Assembly (NCBI GenBank): GCA_963667185.2
Contig: OY762953.2
Span: 1,776,129 to 1,840,128 of the forward strand
Source: Treponemataceae bacterium
GTDB lineage: Bacteria > Spirochaetota > Spirochaetia > Treponematales > Treponemataceae
Reading direction: 5' to 3'
Length of the DNA: 64,000 nucleotides
The notes beneath the pieces are model-generated. The model was given only the letters and a program-made list of their open reading frames with translations. It had not been told where the DNA came from and made no database searches. Both the position numbers and the translations under genes were made by a program. The stretch's first letter is position 1; the number at the start of each line of letters is the position of its first letter. Below are positions 60,662 through 64,000 of the stretch, piece after piece.

Positions 60662-61617
60662 TGATGAAAGCAATTACCCGCAAGATTTTCGCACGTGTCC
60701 GCATCGGCGCTCTCGCCCTTGTATCCTTTGTGCTTGTCGCATGCTCCGCAAACGGCATGGCCGACGACGCTCAAGGAACGTTCGAAGCGACGGAAGTCAC
60801 CGTCTCGTCCGAGGCGACGGGACGCATTCTCGCGTTTGGCGCCGACGAGGGCACTTCCCTGGCCGAAGGAGAAACGGTCGGGAACATCGATGACATGCAG
60901 CTCACCCTCAAGAAGCGGCAGCTCGTCGCGAGCCGGGGTAGCGTCGAAAGCCGGCGGCCGGACGTCGCGGTGCAGATAGCGGCGACCGAGCAGCAGATCG
61001 CGACCGCCCAAACCGAGCGAAGGCGCGTGATCAAGCTTCTTGACTCCGACGCCGCGAGCCAGAAGCAGCTTGACGACGTGAACGCGCAAATCGAAACGCT
61101 CACCAAGCAACTCGCGGCGCAGAAGTCAACGCTCGAAGCGAGTTCCCGCGGGATAACGGGAGAAAGCGCCGCGCTCGAGTGGCAAATCGCCGCGCTTGAC
61201 GACCAGATCGCGCGATGCCGCGTCGAAAGTCCCATCGCGGGAACCGTGCTTGAAAAATACGCGGAGAAGGGAGAGCTCGCCGTTCCGGGGAAGGCTCTTT
61301 TCAAGGTCGCTGACCTCGGCCGCATGTACCTCCGCTCTTACGTGACGGCCTCGCAGCTTTCGGGGATAACGGTCGGAAAGGATGTCAGGGTATTTGCCGA
61401 GGCGGGCGACGGAAGCGCGCATGAATACACGGGGCGGATTACCTGGATATCGGGCAAGGCCGAGTTCACGCCCAAGACGATACAGACAAAAGACGAGCGG
61501 GCGAATCTCGTGTACGCGGTAAAAATCGCGGTCGAGAACGACGGCTTTCTCAGGATCGGAATGTACGGGAGCGCGCGTTTTGACCAGGCGGCGCGGGAAG
61601 GCTCCCGTGCCAAATGA
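60658..61617 (+). CDS. HlyD-family membrane fusion protein (lipoprotein)
   Basis: ATGA overlap with the TolC-like gene. Lipobox LVACS. Coiled-coil hairpin flanked by beta-barrel segments (GTVLEKYAEKGE..). Confidence 0.8.
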   Translation: MMMKAITRKIFARVRIGALALVSFVLVACSANGMADDAQGTFEATEVTVSSEATGRILAFGADEGTSLAEGETVGNIDDMQLTLKKRQLVASRGSVESRRPDVAVQIAATEQQIATAQTERRRVIKLLDSDAASQKQLDDVNAQIETLTKQLAAQKSTLEASSRGITGESAALEWQIAALDDQIARCRVESPIAGTVLEKYAEKGELAVPGKALFKVADLGRMYLRSYVTASQLSGITVGKDVRVFAEAGDGSAHEYTGRITWISGKAEFTPKTIQTKDERANLVYAVKIAVENDGFLRIGMYGSARFDQAAREGSRAK

Positions 61618-62530
61618 CGTCGTCGCCGTCGAGTCTCTTGCCCGCCGGTACGGAAAAGTCACGGCCCTCTCCGGCGTGTCGTTCTCCGCGAAAGCGGGGG
61701 AGATATTCGGCATCATCGGGCCCGATGGCGCGGGAAAGACGACCCTCTTTCGCATCATCGCGACCCTTCTTGTGCAGGACTCAGGGCATGCTTCGGTGTG
61801 CGGCTTCGATACGGGCAGCGAATATCGGAAGATCCGCCGTCTCGTCGGCTACATGCCCGGCCGTTTTTCACTTTACCAGGATTTGACCGTGCGCGAGAAC
61901 CTCGAGTTTTTCGCGAGCGTGTTCGGCGCGAACGTCGAGGAGAACCGGTATCTCGTGGAGGATATTTATGCGCAGATAGAGCCCTTCGCCGACCGCAGGG
62001 CAGGCGCCCTTTCAGGCGGCATGAAGCAAAAGCTCGCGCTCTGCTGCGCGCTCATCCACCGGCCCGAGGCCTTGTTCCTTGACGAGCCGACGACGGGAGT
62101 CGATCCGGTTTCGCGAAAGGAATTCTGGGATATGCTCGCGCGATTGCGCGGTGCAGGTCTTTGTATCGTTGTCTCGACGCCGTACATGGACGAGGCGTCC
62201 CTGTGCGACCGCGTCGCCTTTATCAAGGACGGACGGTTTCTCGCGCTCGACACCCCCCAGTCGATCGGGGACTCCTTTTCGGGCGAGCTTTTTTCGGTGA
62301 GGGGCGAGAAGATGTTTCACCTTCTTTCCGCGCTCCGCTCGATCGAGGGCGTTCAATCGTGTTACGCCTTCGGCGACTCCCATCACGTCACGGCTTCCCG
62401 CGGCTCGTTTACTCCCGAAGCGATCGAGGCATCGCTTGCGGGAAGGGGATTTCCCGGCGCTCGCGTCGAGCGGATCGCGCCCGGCATGGAGGATTGTTTC
62501 ATGAACATCACGGGAAGGGACGCGTCATGA
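61607..62530 (+). CDS. ABC transporter ATP-binding protein (ABC-2 type, first of two)
   Basis: Walker A GPDGAGKTT, LSGGMKQK, FLDEPTTGVD. GTG 61607 preferred over TTG 61580. Confidence 0.85.
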   Translation: MPNDVVAVESLARRYGKVTALSGVSFSAKAGEIFGIIGPDGAGKTTLFRIIATLLVQDSGHASVCGFDTGSEYRKIRRLVGYMPGRFSLYQDLTVRENLEFFASVFGANVEENRYLVEDIYAQIEPFADRRAGALSGGMKQKLALCCALIHRPEALFLDEPTTGVDPVSRKEFWDMLARLRGAGLCIVVSTPYMDEASLCDRVAFIKDGRFLALDTPQSIGDSFSGELFSVRGEKMFHLLSALRSIEGVQSCYAFGDSHHVTASRGSFTPEAIEASLAGRGFPGARVERIAPGMEDCFMNITGRDAS

Positions 62531-63267
62531 GCGAAGTAATCAGGGCCGAAGGCCTTACGAAGCGGTTCGGAAAATTCACCGCGGTTGACCACATCAGCTT
62601 CTCGGTTGACGAAGGGGAAATATTCGGCTTTCTCGGCGCGAACGGCGCGGGGAAGACGACCGCGATGCGAATTCTTTCCGGCCTCAGCAAGCCCACCGAG
62701 GGGAACGCCCGCGTCGCGGGATACGACGTGCGCGCGGAAAGCGAGCTCATCAAAAAAAACATCGGCTACATGAGCCAGAAGTTCGCCCTCTACGACGATC
62801 TGACGGTGCGCGAAAATATCAGGCTCTATGCCGGCATTTATGGTGTAGAGCGCGCGAGTATCGCGGGGAAGACGGACGAGCTTCTCTCCCGGCTCGGGCT
62901 TTTAGACGAGGGCGGAATGAGGGTCTCGTCGCTTCCGCTCGGGTGGAAGCAGAAACTCGCGTTTTCGGTTTCGGTGTTTCACGGGCCGCGGATCGTCTTT
63001 CTCGACGAGCCGACCGGAGGGGTCGACCCGGCCGCCCGCCGCCAGTTTTGGGAACTCATCTACGAGGTCGCGGAACGCGGGATCACCGTATTCGTCACGA
63101 CGCATTACATGGACGAAGCGGAATACTGCGACCGCGTGTCGATCATGGTTGACGGTCACATCGCGGCGCTCGACCGGCCGTCGGAACTTCGCGCAGCGTA
63201 CGGAGAGGCGACGATGGACGGGGTGTTCCGCTCGATCGCACGGCACGCGACGCGGAAGGGAGAGTAG
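62527..63267 (+). CDS. ABC transporter ATP-binding protein (ABC-2 type, second)
   Basis: Track ORF 62161..63267 trimmed to MSEVIRAEGL (ATGA overlap). GANGAGKTT, LPLGWKQK, FLDEPTGGVD. Confidence 0.85.
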   Translation: MSEVIRAEGLTKRFGKFTAVDHISFSVDEGEIFGFLGANGAGKTTAMRILSGLSKPTEGNARVAGYDVRAESELIKKNIGYMSQKFALYDDLTVRENIRLYAGIYGVERASIAGKTDELLSRLGLLDEGGMRVSSLPLGWKQKLAFSVSVFHGPRIVFLDEPTGGVDPAARRQFWELIYEVAERGITVFVTTHYMDEAEYCDRVSIMVDGHIAALDRPSELRAAYGEATMDGVFRSIARHATRKGE

Positions 63268-63270
63268 TCC

Positions 63271-64000
63271 CATGAAACAGTTTATCGCGTTCGTGAGAAA
63301 AGAGTTTTCGCATATCGCTCGCGACCGGTGGACCATGATCATCCTCCTCGCGCTTCCCTTCGTGATGATGGTGCTCTTCGGGTATGCCATCACGACCGAG
63401 GTTCGCAATATCGGCATGTACGTTTTCGATCCCGTCAGGGACGCGCGGAACGGCGCGATGATCGCGGAGCTTTCGCAGAGCGAGTATTTCGCCATGAAAG
63501 GATATATCGATTCTCCCTCTGAAATAGACGAGGTTTTCCGCGAAGGACGCGGCCAGCTCGTCGTGGTTTTTTCAGGTGACGCGGTCCAGTTCGTCGCCGA
63601 CGGTTCCGACCCGAATACGGCCGTTACGGTTACGTCCTACGCGCAAAGCACTCTTTCGCGCTTCGGCGCGCCGCCTCCGCCTGCCCGGATCATCCCCGAG
63701 ATAAAGCTTCTCTACAACCCGCAGATGAAAGGCGCGTACTCGACGGTGCCCGGCGTGATGGGAATGATTCTCATGCTTATCTGCGCGATGATGACGTCGA
63801 TTTCGATCGCGCGCGAAAAGGAAATGGGAACGATGGAGGTATTGCTCGTATCTCCCGTGAAGCCGCTCACGATAATCCTTTCGAAGACAGTTCCCTATTT
63901 CGCGCTTTCTTGCGTGAACCTCGCGACGATACTCGCTTTTTCTTCTTTCGTGCTCGCCATCCCGATACGGGGAAGCCTCCTGCTGCTGATCGCGGTCTCG
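63271..64000 (+). CDS. ABC-2 type transporter permease (partial, runs off window end)
   Basis: ATG 63271 (MKQFIAFVRKEFSHIARDRWTMIILLALPF...) is open to the window edge. YbhS/YbhR-like layout: N-terminal TM, large loop, then TM bundle. Confidence 0.75.

Overview
GC-rich (high-50s % by eye, not computed), densely coding chromosomal segment from a diderm anaerobe. My guess is a Treponema/Spirochaeta-like spirochete, based on a tmRNA tag AENNDSFALAA (resembles Treponema tags as I remember them), many lipoproteins, an MCP, membrane class III cyclases and a stand-alone EF-G paralog. I call about 53 protein genes and one tmRNA. There are no rRNA or tRNA genes, CRISPR arrays, transposases or integrases. 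Main blocks in order: (1) secreted HExxH protease plus secreted proteins, ABC-F ATPase, DMT transporter, MCP, DEAD-box helicase, RlpA; (2) one minus-strand operon with a TrpP-like ECF transporter, indolepyruvate:ferredoxin oxidoreductase and an aryl-acetate-CoA ligase; (3) ssrA; (4) membrane adenylate cyclase, then ArsR with a split GshF-type glutathione synthesis pair and CysE; (5) xylAB, AraC, two tandem GH5 lipoprotein cellulases, a sugar ABC importer and LacI; (6) deoC, thrC, dCMP deaminase, Lon; (7) radical SAM, alpha-2-macroglobulin, PBP1C; (8) GH3, EF-G; (9) a TetR/TolC/HlyD/ABC-2 efflux system. Most of this is ordinary. Two things stand out. First, the ssrA locus: a 42-bp perfect palindrome abuts the tmRNA 5' end, and the tmRNA 3' end is present three times (one inverted, one direct copy) around a ~120-nt multi-hairpin element. 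Second, a recurring promoter layout places a sigma70-type -10 box 6-8 nt before the ATG of 13 genes, which suggests widespread leaderless mRNAs. Every functional call is motif or recollection based. No searches were run.
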